Positions 29,345 to 38,879 of a stretch of 64,000 bases of DNA are shown here, one piece after another (within the stretch, counting starts at the first letter, position 1; each line of letters opens with the position of its first letter). The notes below the pieces were generated by a model that ran no database searches, had not been told where the DNA came from, and saw nothing but the letters and a program-made list of their open reading frames with translations. A program made the translations under genes and the position numbers. Source of the stretch: Verrucomicrobiota bacterium (GTDB lineage Bacteria; Verrucomicrobiota; Verrucomicrobiia; Palsa-1439); assembly GCA_037127585.1 (NCBI GenBank), contig JBAXYB010000004.1:4022-68021 (forward strand), in the 5' to 3' direction.

Positions 29345-30546
29345 TTGTCAGATAGCGCCGCCACGCCGGGAAGAACTTTGCCTTCGAGGAATTCCAGCGA
29401 TGCGCCGCCGCCGGTACTCATGAAACTCATTTCTTTCGCGAGACCGGCAGCCTTCACAGCCTTCGCGCTGTCGCCGCCGCCGATGATGGTGGTCGCGCCG
29501 TTCTTGGTCGCTTGCGCGACGGCTTTGGCGATTTCAAATGTGCCTTTGGCGAAATCCGGGATCTCGAACACGCCCATCGGGCCGTTCCAGACGATGGTCT
29601 TGGCCTTGGCGATTTCCTTTTTGTAGGTCTCGATCGTCGCGGCGCCGATGTCCACGCCTTCCCAACCGTCCTCGATGCTCGGGCCATCGGTGTTGCGAGT
29701 GGGCGCGCCGGCTTTGAATTCGGTGGTCTGGAGTTGGTCTTCCGGCAGGAAGAACTTTTTGCCCTTGGCTTTTTCGAGGAGCGATTTGGCGAGGTCGATC
29801 TTGTCGTGTTCGCACAGCGACTTACCGACGCTGTAGCCTTGCGCTTTGCGGAACGTGTACGCCATCGCGCCGCCGATTAGAATGACGTCGGCAATGTTGA
29901 GGAGGTTTTCGATGACTTTGATTTTGTCAGAAACTTTCGCGCCGCCGAGGATGCAGAGGAGCGGACGGGCTGGATTGGAGATGACGCCGCCGAGATACTT
30001 GAGTTCTTTCTCCATGAGAAAGCCGGCCGCTGCTTTGCCGCCGCGCTTCTTGACGATCTCCGCGACCGCTGCGGTTGAAGCGTGGGCGCGATGCGCGGTG
30101 CCGAACGCGTCGTTGACGTAGATGTCCACGTTGGCCGCCAGTTTCTCGGCGAACCCGGCATCGTTCTTTTCTTCTTCGGCGTAGAACCGGAGGTTCTCCA
30201 ACAACAGAATGTCACCGGGCTGGAGGATGGCTTTGGTCTTCTCGACCTTGTCGCCAATGCAATCGTCCACGAACGCGACCGGCCGGGCCAGAAGTTCGGC
30301 CAGCCGTTGGGCGCAGGGGCGCAGCGACTGCTTAGGATCGCGCTTGCCTTTGGGGCGACCGAGGTGCGAACCGAGGATGACACGCGCGCCGTTCTGCCAA
30401 AGGTATTCGAGCGTCGGGACAGTCGCTTTGATGCGCTTGTCGTCGGTGATCGCGCCGGCATCGTCGAGCGGCACGTTGTAGTCGACGCGGACAAAGAACG
30501 TCTTGCCGCGGAAATCTTTTACGTCATGTAATGATAGCTTCGCCAT
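29341..30546 (-). CDS. pgk: phosphoglycerate kinase
   Basis: RVDYNVPLD, the N-terminal domain motifs, GGGA...NGPMGVFE, and the length of about 400 aa match Pgk. Confidence 0.9.
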   Translation of the reverse strand: MAKLSLHDVKDFRGKTFFVRVDYNVPLDDAGAITDDKRIKATVPTLEYLWQNGARVILGSHLGRPKGKRDPKQSLRPCAQRLAELLARPVAFVDDCIGDKVEKTKAILQPGDILLLENLRFYAEEEKNDAGFAEKLAANVDIYVNDAFGTAHRAHASTAAVAEIVKKRGGKAAAGFLMEKELKYLGGVISNPARPLLCILGGAKVSDKIKVIENLLNIADVILIGGAMAYTFRKAQGYSVGKSLCEHDKIDLAKSLLEKAKGKKFFLPEDQLQTTEFKAGAPTRNTDGPSIEDGWEGVDIGAATIETYKKEIAKAKTIVWNGPMGVFEIPDFAKGTFEIAKAVAQATKNGATTIIGGGDSAKAVKAAGLAKEMSFMSTGGGASLEFLEGKVLPGVAALSDK

Positions 30547-30629
30547 AGTAATTAGCTCCGGTCACAAACGAGGTCTGGGGAGAGTAGCGATTCAGGCCCG
30601 GCAGTCAATGGAAAAGCCGCGCGCGGCGA

Positions 30630-31001
30630 CTAGTCGTTGAGCCACGCCCGAGCGGCGGGCTCATCCGCAAAGAATTGCAACTGCAACGGGTGCAACTGCA
30701 CATCCTTCAACACGAATTCCACCATCATGCGTTTGAAACCCGACGGAATCACCACCGCCCATTTCTTGAGAGCATTCGGGGCCTGCGCGGTCATTTCCAA
30801 CAGACGTTTGGCATCCGGCAATTCACTCATGAGCGGCCCGCCGGCATCGGCCGCAACGGTGGTGAGCGTTTTGAGCGTGGGTTTGTAGCGGGGGTCGCGG
30901 TAGACCTCGGCGATATGCTGCTCCAAATCCGCGCAAGAATTTGAACCACTGATCTGCACCAAAATTAGTCCCTGCCCTTCGTCAATCGTGTACTCGATCA
31001 T
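30630..31001 (-). CDS. hypothetical protein (possibly STAS/SpoIIAA-like)
   Basis: A 123-aa ORF with no confident motif. It lies divergent from potA. Confidence 0.4.
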   Translation of the reverse strand: MIEYTIDEGQGLILVQISGSNSCADLEQHIAEVYRDPRYKPTLKTLTTVAADAGGPLMSELPDAKRLLEMTAQAPNALKKWAVVIPSGFKRMMVEFVLKDVQLHPLQLQFFADEPAARAWLND

Positions 31002-31137
31002 GCCGGCCTTTCTAGCCGCGCCCGCCGGTCAACGTCAAGCTTCCGGTCCGACACCGCGAGCGGCTCAAAAATTATTGTCGCGCGGCCGGTGGCTTCTGTT
31101 ATCTTCAGACGTCACACAGTTCCGGCCCGAGTGCATC

Positions 31138-32217
31138 ATGGCAACACAGACCCCTGCGATTGAAGTGGAGAATCTGGTGCGGCAGTTCGGCGATATGTTA
31201 GCGCTGGACCACGTCAGCGTCAGTATCCGGAAAGGCGAATTTTTCTCCCTGCTCGGCCCGTCGGGCTGCGGCAAGACCACCCTGCTCCGCTGCATCGGCG
31301 GCCTCGACATCCCGGATGACGGCGTGATTCGCATTGGCGGCACCGATGCGAAGGAGATCCCGGCGCACAAACGGCCCGTTAACACTGTCTTTCAATCGTA
31401 CGCGCTGTTCCCCCATTTGAGTGTGCGCGACAACATCGCGTTCGGCTTGCGCATGAAAAAGGTGGCAAAGCCGGAGATTGAAGACCGGGTCAAGCGCGTC
31501 CTCGACATGGTCCAGATCACCCAATTGGCCGACCGTAAACCCGGCCAGCTCTCCGGCGGTCAGAAACAACGCGTCGCCCTCGCCCGCGCCATCGTCAACG
31601 AGCCGAGCGTGCTCCTGCTTGATGAGCCGCTCGGCGCGCTCGACATGAAACTGCGGAAGGAGCTGCAGATCGAGTTATTGGCGCTGCAACGGCGGCTGGG
31701 CATCACCTTTATCTATGTGACGCACGATCAGGAAGAGGCGTTGGTGATGAGCGACCGGATCGCCGTCATGCGCGCTGGCAAAATTGAGCAAATGGGCGAA
31801 GCCGAAGCCATCTACGAACATCCGCACACCCGGTACGTCAGCACCTTCCTGGGTTCGTGCAATCTAATCGACGCAACGGTCCGGCAACGCACGGCGACCG
31901 GGGCGCTCGTGCAAAGTGCAGTCGGTGAACTGCGCGTGGAAGCAACCATCCCGGCCCGCGATAAATTCACGCTCGCCATCCGCCCGGAGAAAGTCACGTT
32001 GTGCGCGCCGAGCGAGTGCGCCGGTGAGAATCGCATCAAAGTTAAAGTGGCTGAAGTCATTTATATCGGCTCGGAAACGCATTATGTCCTGAAGGCCGGT
32101 GAGCAGACGCTCTCGGCGGAAACGATGAACGTCAAAGTCGGCCGCCAAGGTTTTGATATCGGCCAGGAGGCAATTGTGTATTTGCCGGCGGCCGGTCTGT
32201 TGGTGTTGGATGATTAA
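31138..32217 (+). CDS. potA: spermidine/putrescine ABC transporter ATP-binding protein
   Basis: Walker A GPSGCGKTT, the LSGGQKQRVALARA signature, and a C-terminal TOBE/MOP-like domain are present. Confidence 0.85.
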   Translation: MATQTPAIEVENLVRQFGDMLALDHVSVSIRKGEFFSLLGPSGCGKTTLLRCIGGLDIPDDGVIRIGGTDAKEIPAHKRPVNTVFQSYALFPHLSVRDNIAFGLRMKKVAKPEIEDRVKRVLDMVQITQLADRKPGQLSGGQKQRVALARAIVNEPSVLLLDEPLGALDMKLRKELQIELLALQRRLGITFIYVTHDQEEALVMSDRIAVMRAGKIEQMGEAEAIYEHPHTRYVSTFLGSCNLIDATVRQRTATGALVQSAVGELRVEATIPARDKFTLAIRPEKVTLCAPSECAGENRIKVKVAEVIYIGSETHYVLKAGEQTLSAETMNVKVGRQGFDIGQEAIVYLPAAGLLVLDD

Positions 32218-32367
32218 ATTGAGACAGCGATTGGAGAAGGCGGCAGTTTGTAGGGCGCGATGCCCCGTGTCGTTTCGGAGTATCGCGCCGCGAGGAGAGT
32301 CCAGCAATGATCACGGCGCGATACCTAAACGACAGGCATCGCGCCCTACAATTAGCGCGCTTGCCGC

Positions 32368-33288
32368 ATGAAATCTTCCCGCCCAGGCGAAGTTCGATTC
32401 GGCGAGCAACTCAGCGCGCGGGGGCAACTGTACCGGTCGGCCACGACCAGCGGGCCGAGCATCGTGTGGGTCACGATTTTTCTGTTGCTGCCATTGGTGG
32501 GGATTGGCGTCATCAGCTTTCTGTCGCGCGGCGAATCCGGCGGGTACGAGCTACCGTTTACCTTTACTAACTACACGCGCTTTGCCGGTTGGGGTTTTTT
32601 TGGGTATGACATTTTGTATCCGCAGATCATTCTGCGCAGCATCGTGCTCGGCACCGGTACGGCGGCGCTCTGTACGTTGGCGGCATTGCCGCTGGCGTTT
32701 TTTATCGCGGCGTTACCGGGCCGGTACAAGAATCTGGCTCTGACACTCGTCTTGATTCCGTTTTGGACGAACCTCTTGATCCGCACGTACGCGTGGCAGA
32801 TTTTGCTCGCGCCGGAAAGCCCGATCACGTGGGTGGCGACCAAGCTGCATTTGATCGCCGCCGACGCACCGCTGTATCCGAGCGAGTTCGCGATTTATAT
32901 CGGCATGGTTTGCGATTATCTGCCGTTCCTTGTGTTGCCGTTGTATTCGTCGGTGGAGAAGATCGACTGGAGCATTGCCGAAGCGGCGAGCGATTTGGGG
33001 GCGGATGGGAAACGCGTGTTCTGGCATGCCATTTTGCCGCAGGTGATGCCGGGGTTGGTGGCGGGCGTGATTCTGGTGTTGATACCGGCGATGGGGCAGT
33101 TTGTGATCCCGGATTTGTTGGGCGGGGCGAAGACCGTGATGCTGGGGAATGCCATCCAGCAACAGTTTGGGCCGAGCCGGGATTGGCCGTTTGGGTCGGC
33201 GATCGCGTTTCTGGGAATGGCCGTGGTGCTGGTGAGCCTGTGGTTTTACGCGCGGTATGCCGGCGAGAAAGGCGGTGACATCTTATGA
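32368..33288 (+). CDS. potB: spermidine/putrescine ABC transporter permease
   Basis: A six-TM permease with the EAA motif region (AEAASDLGA). The true start may lie downstream of 32368. Confidence 0.75.
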   Translation: MKSSRPGEVRFGEQLSARGQLYRSATTSGPSIVWVTIFLLLPLVGIGVISFLSRGESGGYELPFTFTNYTRFAGWGFFGYDILYPQIILRSIVLGTGTAALCTLAALPLAFFIAALPGRYKNLALTLVLIPFWTNLLIRTYAWQILLAPESPITWVATKLHLIAADAPLYPSEFAIYIGMVCDYLPFLVLPLYSSVEKIDWSIAEAASDLGADGKRVFWHAILPQVMPGLVAGVILVLIPAMGQFVIPDLLGGAKTVMLGNAIQQQFGPSRDWPFGSAIAFLGMAVVLVSLWFYARYAGEKGGDIL

Positions 33289-34085
33289 GAAAGGTGTCGC
33301 TGCCGCTGTGGTTGCTGGCCGGGTTTCTGTACGTGTTCATGTACGCGCCGATCGTGGTGGTGATCGTCTTTTCGTTCAATGCCGCAAAACACGGGGGGCC
33401 GTGGACGGGGTTTACCACGGAATGGTACGCGAAGTTGCTCGACAGCCCGGATAAGCTCAAGGCCACGGAGAACACTGCCATCTTGGCGTTCGCGAGCACA
33501 ATCCTGGCGACGGTGCTCGGGACGATGTTGGGCTACGGCCTGAGCCGGTATTGGTTTCCGGGGAAGAAACTTTTTTCGCTCATGATGTATATTCCGGTCG
33601 TGATCCCGGACATTGTGATGGCGGTGGCGATGTTGTCATTTTACGCGTTGGTGCGAGATTGGCTTGGGCTGTTTGAACTGGGCATGACGACGATGATCAT
33701 CGCGCATATTACGTTTCAGATTCCGTTCGTCGCCATTGTGGTGCGGTCGCGGCTGGCTGGGATGGACCCGGCCATCGAGGAAGCGGCGCATGACTTGGGT
33801 GCGAGTTCGTGGCAGACGTTTTGGAATGTGACGTTCCCGCTGATGCTGCCGGGGGTGTTGGCGGGGGCGATGTTGGCTTTTACATTGAGTCTCGACGATT
33901 TTGTGGTTAGCTTCTTCACAACAGGACCCGGAGCGACGACATTGCCAATTCTGATTTACTCGTCGGTCAAACGCGGCATTACGCCGGACATCAACGCGTT
34001 GTCCACGTTGATCGTGCTGGCGTCCGTCATCGGAACCATCGGCGTGACGCTGTTGCAGCGTCCCGCCAAACACTCAGGAGGTTGA
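33285..34085 (+). CDS. potC: spermidine/putrescine ABC transporter permease
   Basis: A PotC-like permease (EEAAHDLGAS) that overlaps the potB stop. Confidence 0.8.
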   Translation: MRKVSLPLWLLAGFLYVFMYAPIVVVIVFSFNAAKHGGPWTGFTTEWYAKLLDSPDKLKATENTAILAFASTILATVLGTMLGYGLSRYWFPGKKLFSLMMYIPVVIPDIVMAVAMLSFYALVRDWLGLFELGMTTMIIAHITFQIPFVAIVVRSRLAGMDPAIEEAAHDLGASSWQTFWNVTFPLMLPGVLAGAMLAFTLSLDDFVVSFFTTGPGATTLPILIYSSVKRGITPDINALSTLIVLASVIGTIGVTLLQRPAKHSGG

Positions 34086-34086
34086 T

Positions 34087-35121
34087 ATGTTACAGCGTCT
34101 CGCCGTGATTGCGGTTGCGCTCTCGCTGACAGTTTCAGCGTGGGCTGCGAAGAACAAACTCAACGTGTACATCTGGAGCGAGTACATCGACCCGAAGATC
34201 ATCGAGCAGTTCTCGAAGGAATTCGACTGCGAGGTGACGGTCGATCTCTACGAAGACAACGAGAGCATGATGGCCAAACTCCAAGGCGGCGGCACCTCGC
34301 TCTACGACATCGTCGTCCCCTCGGACTACATCATCCCGGCGTTGATCAAAAACAGCTTACTCGCGCCGTTGCGGAAAGAAAACGTTCCAAACATGAAGAA
34401 CCTCGATCCCCAGTTCGCCGGCCGCGAATATGATGCCGGCAACAAATACACCGCGCCATACCAATGGGGTACCGTCGGCCTCTACGTCCGTCGAAAACCC
34501 GGCGAAACCATCGACGAAACGTGGGGCATCATCTTCGACCCGAAGAAATCCATCGGCTCGTTCCTGATTATTGACGACGCCCGGGCCGCCATCGGTGCCG
34601 CGCTCAAGTACAAGGGCTACAGCCTCAACACCACCGACAAGAAGCAACTGAAGGAAGCGCGCGATGTGCTTATCGAAGCCAAGAAGCGTTCCCTCGGCTT
34701 CGAAGGCGGCGTCGGCATCAAGAACAAGGTCCTCGCCAAAGTCTGCCGCGTCGGCATGGTCTACAACGGTGACGCCGTCCGTGGCACGAAGGAAGACAAG
34801 GACACCTATTACTTCGTCCCGCGCGAAGGCACCGAAATCTGGCTCGATAACCTCGCCATCCCGGCGAAAGCCCCGAATCGCGACATGGCCGAGAAGTTCA
34901 TCAACTACATCCTCGACGCGAAGATCGGCGCCCAACTCTCGAACTTCAATCAGTACCCCACGCCCAACCTAGCCGCCAAAGAGCTCATCAATCCGGCCGA
35001 TCTCAAGAACACTGCCATCTACCCCAGCGCGGAGCAGATGAAGACGCTGGAGTTCGTCAAAGACCTCGGCTCGAAGACCGGCTGGTACGACGAACTCTGG
35101 ACCGGTATCAAATCCAAATAA
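34087..35121 (+). CDS. potD: spermidine/putrescine-binding periplasmic protein
   Basis: A signal peptide precedes an SBP_bac_1 fold. LNVYIWSEYIDP is the typical PotD/PotF N-terminal motif. Confidence 0.8.
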   Translation: MLQRLAVIAVALSLTVSAWAAKNKLNVYIWSEYIDPKIIEQFSKEFDCEVTVDLYEDNESMMAKLQGGGTSLYDIVVPSDYIIPALIKNSLLAPLRKENVPNMKNLDPQFAGREYDAGNKYTAPYQWGTVGLYVRRKPGETIDETWGIIFDPKKSIGSFLIIDDARAAIGAALKYKGYSLNTTDKKQLKEARDVLIEAKKRSLGFEGGVGIKNKVLAKVCRVGMVYNGDAVRGTKEDKDTYYFVPREGTEIWLDNLAIPAKAPNRDMAEKFINYILDAKIGAQLSNFNQYPTPNLAAKELINPADLKNTAIYPSAEQMKTLEFVKDLGSKTGWYDELWTGIKSK

Positions 35122-35143
35122 TCACCCCCACGTCAGGAGCGAT

Positions 35144-36493
35144 ATGCCTCAAGACCTCACCGCGGCGCACAAGAAATCTGCCTACGTCCTCGATCTGATC
35201 AGCAAAAAAGAACTCTCGCTCGCCGAACGCAAACGCGTCATCAAAGAGTCCGTCAAGTATTGGGCCGACCACGTCAACGCCGGCTTCCTCAAATACCGGA
35301 AATCCGTCAGCACCGACTACACCGCCGTCGAATGGTCCGACGAAGGCGCATGCTTCAAAGACATCAACGGCAAAGAATTCATCGACATGCTCGGCGGCTT
35401 CGGCATCTACGTCACCGGCCACCGCCACCCGAAAGTCCTGAAAGCCGTCCTCGACCAACTCAAACGCCAAGGCATCCACTCCCAAGAACTCATCGACCCG
35501 CTCCGTACCTACCTCGCCCACCTCGTCGCACTCATCACGCCGGGCGATCTTCAATTCGCCTTCCTCACCAACAGCGGCACCGAGTCCATCGAAGGCTGCC
35601 TCAAAATGGCCGTGGCCACTACCGGCCGCCACAAATTCATCGGCATGCTCGGAGGTTTCCACGGCAAGAGCATGGGCTCGCTCGGCGGCACCTCGAAAGC
35701 CATCTTCCGCGAACCATTCCTCCCGCTCCAAAACTGGACCCACGTCCCGTTCGGCGACGTTGACTCCCTCAAGATGATCATGGCCAGTTGCGATTTTAGT
35801 GGCGACCGCGTCGCTGCCGTCGTCATCGAACCCATCCAAGGCGAAGGCGGCATCAACGTCGCCCCGCCCGGCTTCCTCGCCGCCGCCCGCGAACTCTGCG
35901 ACAAATACGGCGCCATGCTCGTGTTCGACGAAATCCAATGCGGCATGGGCCGCACCGGCAAAATGTTCTACTGCGAACACGACGGCGTCGTCCCCGACCT
36001 CATGGCACTCGGCAAAGGCTTCGGTGGCGGCGTCATGCCCATCGGCGCGACCGTCGGCACCCCGAAGACCTGGGAAAAATACATCGAGAACCCATTCCTC
36101 CACACCACCACTTTCGGCGGCAACCCCGTTTGCTGCGCTGCCGCCATCGCCACCATCAACGTCCTCCTCGAAGAAGACTTGCCGGCGCAAGCCGCCAAGA
36201 AAGGCGATTACCTCCTCAAAAACATCAACGCCCTCGCCAAGAAATACTCAAAGGTCTTGAAACTCTGCCGCGGCAAAGGCCTCATGCTCGGCATGGAATT
36301 CACCAACGACGAACTCGGCTACGAAGTCGCCAAAAACCTTTTCGCCCGGCAAATCCTCATCAGCGGCACCTACATCAACGCCCGCGTCCTCCGCATCGAA
36401 CCGCCGCTCGTCATCCCGCAAGCCCAACTCGACCGGTTCCTCGAAATGCTCGAAGAATCGCTCAAGCAAGTTTACAAAGCCCACAAACTCTGA
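35144..36493 (+). CDS. class-III PLP aminotransferase, likely putrescine:2-oxoglutarate aminotransferase
   Basis: FDEIQCGMGRTGKMF (PLP-lysine context) and an LGKGFGGG-type motif are present in a 449-aa protein. It lies immediately downstream of potABCD, so the putrescine specificity is inferred from context. Confidence 0.65.
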   Translation: MPQDLTAAHKKSAYVLDLISKKELSLAERKRVIKESVKYWADHVNAGFLKYRKSVSTDYTAVEWSDEGACFKDINGKEFIDMLGGFGIYVTGHRHPKVLKAVLDQLKRQGIHSQELIDPLRTYLAHLVALITPGDLQFAFLTNSGTESIEGCLKMAVATTGRHKFIGMLGGFHGKSMGSLGGTSKAIFREPFLPLQNWTHVPFGDVDSLKMIMASCDFSGDRVAAVVIEPIQGEGGINVAPPGFLAAARELCDKYGAMLVFDEIQCGMGRTGKMFYCEHDGVVPDLMALGKGFGGGVMPIGATVGTPKTWEKYIENPFLHTTTFGGNPVCCAAAIATINVLLEEDLPAQAAKKGDYLLKNINALAKKYSKVLKLCRGKGLMLGMEFTNDELGYEVAKNLFARQILISGTYINARVLRIEPPLVIPQAQLDRFLEMLEESLKQVYKAHKL

Positions 36494-36496
36494 CGC

Positions 36497-36661
36497 GTGC
36501 AACCCTTCGCCGCCATCGACTGTCCGCACTGTGGCGAAAAATTCACGCTCGCCATTGACCCTAGCGAAGACGACGCGGAGTTTGTCATCGACTGTGAAAT
36601 TTGTTGCCGGCCGATGACGGTTACTGTCCACGACGGAGAAGTCCATGCCGTTGCCGATTGA
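36497..36661 (+). CDS. CPXCG-type zinc-ribbon small protein (54 aa), absent from the supplied ORF track
   Basis: A GTG start 3 nt after the aminotransferase stop opens VQPFAAIDCPHCGEKFTLAIDPSEDDAEFVIDCEICCRPMTVTVHDGEVHAVAD*, with CPHCG and CEICC motifs. Confidence 0.5.
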   Translation: MQPFAAIDCPHCGEKFTLAIDPSEDDAEFVIDCEICCRPMTVTVHDGEVHAVAD

Positions 36662-36720
36662 ACAAGCCTCCTACTGGCTCGCCACCCGGCCACCCCCGAA
36701 TCCGTCCCGCTAACCGGCAC
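36660..36720 (+). repeat. displaced partial copy of the 5' end of the downstream FAD-oxidoreductase gene; left direct repeat of TA cassette 2
   Basis: GAACAAGCCTCCTACTGGCTCGCCACCCGGCC-CCCCGAATCCGTCCCGCT compares with 37382-37440, which reads GAACAAGCCTCCTACTGGCTCGCCACCCGGCCTCCCCATGAATCCGTCCCGCT. The identity is about 90% and the left copy is frame-shifted. Confidence 0.65.
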
Positions 36721-36757
36721 CCTTCGCGCCAATAATCCTATTTCGGAGTCCCGTCGT

Positions 36758-37048
36758 TTACGTCAGCCGCTGTCTGATCCAAGTCGGATTCCGGCGGCAG
36801 TCCAGTACGGCATTGACGTGAACAGTGTCGCCGGTCACGGTGTAGTAGATGGCAAATGGAAAACGCTTGGATAGGCAGCGCTGCTGGCCGAAAACGATTG
36901 AGTGAATGCCAGCATACAGTTGCAGCGAATCGATGTCGGAAAACAGGCAGTCAAGAAAGTAGTTACCAAGACCAAGTTCTTGTTTCTCGTAGAAACAGAA
37001 ACCGTCAATCAGGTCGTGCCGCGCATCGTCGTGAATCTCAACTCTCAC
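36758..37048 (-). CDS. parE: ParE/RelE-family toxin
   Basis: MRVEIHDDARHDLIDGFCFYEKQELGLGNYFLDCLFSDIDSLQLYAGIHSIVFGQQ...YYTVTGDTVHVNAVLDCRR matches the ParE pattern (...Y.....I.V.RVLH..RD). Confidence 0.65.
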   Translation of the reverse strand: MRVEIHDDARHDLIDGFCFYEKQELGLGNYFLDCLFSDIDSLQLYAGIHSIVFGQQRCLSKRFPFAIYYTVTGDTVHVNAVLDCRRNPTWIRQRLT

Positions 37049-37260
37049 GACACTTGGCGGCGGAGGTCAACCTTGGCCGATTCCCACGAGGTGTATCCCG
37101 CCTTGCCTTCGGCGACCCGGTTCTGTCGCTGCTCCAGCACTTCCTTGTGCCATGCCGGAGATTCGACGGCTTCGGGTGTGCGCGATAAGTCCTCCCACAA
37201 GGCTTCCATCGCGGCGAGCTTCTCTGCCAGAGTCATTTCTTTCAACGCCAGCGTTGTCAT
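37045..37260 (-). CDS. type II antitoxin (putative addiction-module component)
   Basis: The ATG at 37260 opens MTTLALKEMTLAEKLAAMEALWEDLS...SWESAKVDLRRQVS. A 4-nt overlap links it to the toxin gene. Confidence 0.55.
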   Translation of the reverse strand: MTTLALKEMTLAEKLAAMEALWEDLSRTPEAVESPAWHKEVLEQRQNRVAEGKAGYTSWESAKVDLRRQVS

Positions 37261-37369
37261 GGCCAAACTATACCGTGGCCGGCCGGAATTGCCAATCTGA
37301 ACGTCCCGACATGAATAAAAAGTTATTACGCCGCGCCTCACTCCATCCTGGCTGTGCTAAACTGTTCCC

Positions 37370-38746
37370 GTGCGCCCCATCGAACAAGCCTCCTACTGGC
37401 TCGCCACCCGGCCTCCCCATGAATCCGTCCCGCTGACCGGCGACCGCAACGCCGACATCGTCATCATCGGTGGCGGCTTTACCGGCCTCTGGACCGCTGT
37501 GGCTCTCAACCAACTCGCACCGGCCGCCACCATCATCCTCCTCGAACGCGCCTGTCTCGGCTACGGCGGCAGCGGTCGCAATGCCGGCCAAGTCAGCGGC
37601 GGCATCGACCACTCCCACCAAAAAGCCATCGCCCATTTCGGACTCGACGAAGCCCGGCGCATGGCGACACTCGGACTCCAAAACCTCGACGAGATCGGCC
37701 AATTCTTCCGGCACCACAAACTCGACTGCGATTTTGCGCGCACCGGCCAACTCTTCGTCGCCCTCACGCCCGCGCAAGTGGAAGACGCCCGCGCCGCCGT
37801 GGCCGCCGCCACGCAAGTCGGTATTGCCGACGCGCGCGTGCTCACCGCCGACGAAACTCGCGCCGAACTGAACAGCCCCCTCTACTGCGGCGGCGCCATT
37901 GACCCAACCTGGGGCATCGTCAACCCCATCAAAATCGTCGACGGCATTCGCCAAGTTATGACCACTGCCGGCGTGAAAATCTTCGAGCGCACGCCGGTCA
38001 CTGCCATCGACCCGACCGGCCCCAAAGTCCGCGTCAAAACTCTGACCGGCACCGTTGTGGCAGACAAAGTCATCCTCGCCACCAACGCCTACTCACACCA
38101 CCTCATCCCGCGGCTCCTGCGCCGGTACATCCCGCTCTACGACTACGTCCTCGTCAGCGAACCCCTCACCCCCGCCCAACTCGCCGCGATCGGCTGGCAA
38201 CGCCGGCAAGCCGTCGTCGACGGTCGCACCTTCTTCAACTATTACCGGCTCACCGCCGACAACCGGATCCTCTGGGGCACCAGCGAAGCCCGGTATTACT
38301 CCGGCAATCGCGTCGACGAATCTTGCGACCACTCCGAAACCCACTACGCCGCGCTGCGCGCCAGCTTCACTCGGCATTTCCCCCAACTGGCCGGCTTGCA
38401 ATGGCCCTACGCCTGGGGTGGTCCGATCGCCTCGACGACCCGGCTCACCCCATTCTTTGGGTCACTGGCTGGTGGCCGCATTCACTATGGCTTGGGCTAT
38501 ACCGGTCTCGGCATCGCCAACTCCCATCTCGCCGGCAAGATTCTCGCCCATCAAACCCTCGGCATCCCCAGTCCCCTCCTCGACCTCGCACTAGTCCGCC
38601 ACCAACCGCTCCTCTACCCACCCGAACCAATCCGCACGTGGGCCGTGAACATCATCACCCGTTCCCTGCGCCGCGTGGATGCCGGCGCGAAGCCCAACGC
38701 CTTGTTGCGAGCCCTCGATCTGCTCGGAATCGGCTTCTCGAGCTAG
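37370..38746 (+). CDS. FAD-dependent oxidoreductase (DAO family; gamma-glutamylputrescine-oxidase/PuuB-like)
   Basis: The N-terminal Rossmann motif is DIVIIGGGFTGLWTA, in a 458-aa protein. It lies next to the putrescine uptake and aminotransferase genes. Confidence 0.65.
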   Translation: MRPIEQASYWLATRPPHESVPLTGDRNADIVIIGGGFTGLWTAVALNQLAPAATIILLERACLGYGGSGRNAGQVSGGIDHSHQKAIAHFGLDEARRMATLGLQNLDEIGQFFRHHKLDCDFARTGQLFVALTPAQVEDARAAVAAATQVGIADARVLTADETRAELNSPLYCGGAIDPTWGIVNPIKIVDGIRQVMTTAGVKIFERTPVTAIDPTGPKVRVKTLTGTVVADKVILATNAYSHHLIPRLLRRYIPLYDYVLVSEPLTPAQLAAIGWQRRQAVVDGRTFFNYYRLTADNRILWGTSEARYYSGNRVDESCDHSETHYAALRASFTRHFPQLAGLQWPYAWGGPIASTTRLTPFFGSLAGGRIHYGLGYTGLGIANSHLAGKILAHQTLGIPSPLLDLALVRHQPLLYPPEPIRTWAVNIITRSLRRVDAGAKPNALLRALDLLGIGFSS

Positions 38747-38801
38747 GATGAAACTGCGCAGCCCGGCTAAGAACCCATCCCAAAACGTCCCGATCCATTT
38801 T

Positions 38802-38879
38802 CCGGGAGGGCGAGGCTCCCGCCGAGCCGTGGGGTGACGTGGCTCGGCGGGAGCCTCGCCCTCCCCCGGTTTTGGGATC
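38802..38879. repeat. family-A palindrome (CCGGGAGGGCGAGGCTCCCGCCGAGCCG - 10-nt loop - reverse complement)
   Basis: The arms are near-perfect 28-nt sequences, and the flanks (cccaaaac...gatcc / ggttttgggatcgg) are themselves partly complementary. Confidence 0.65.
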
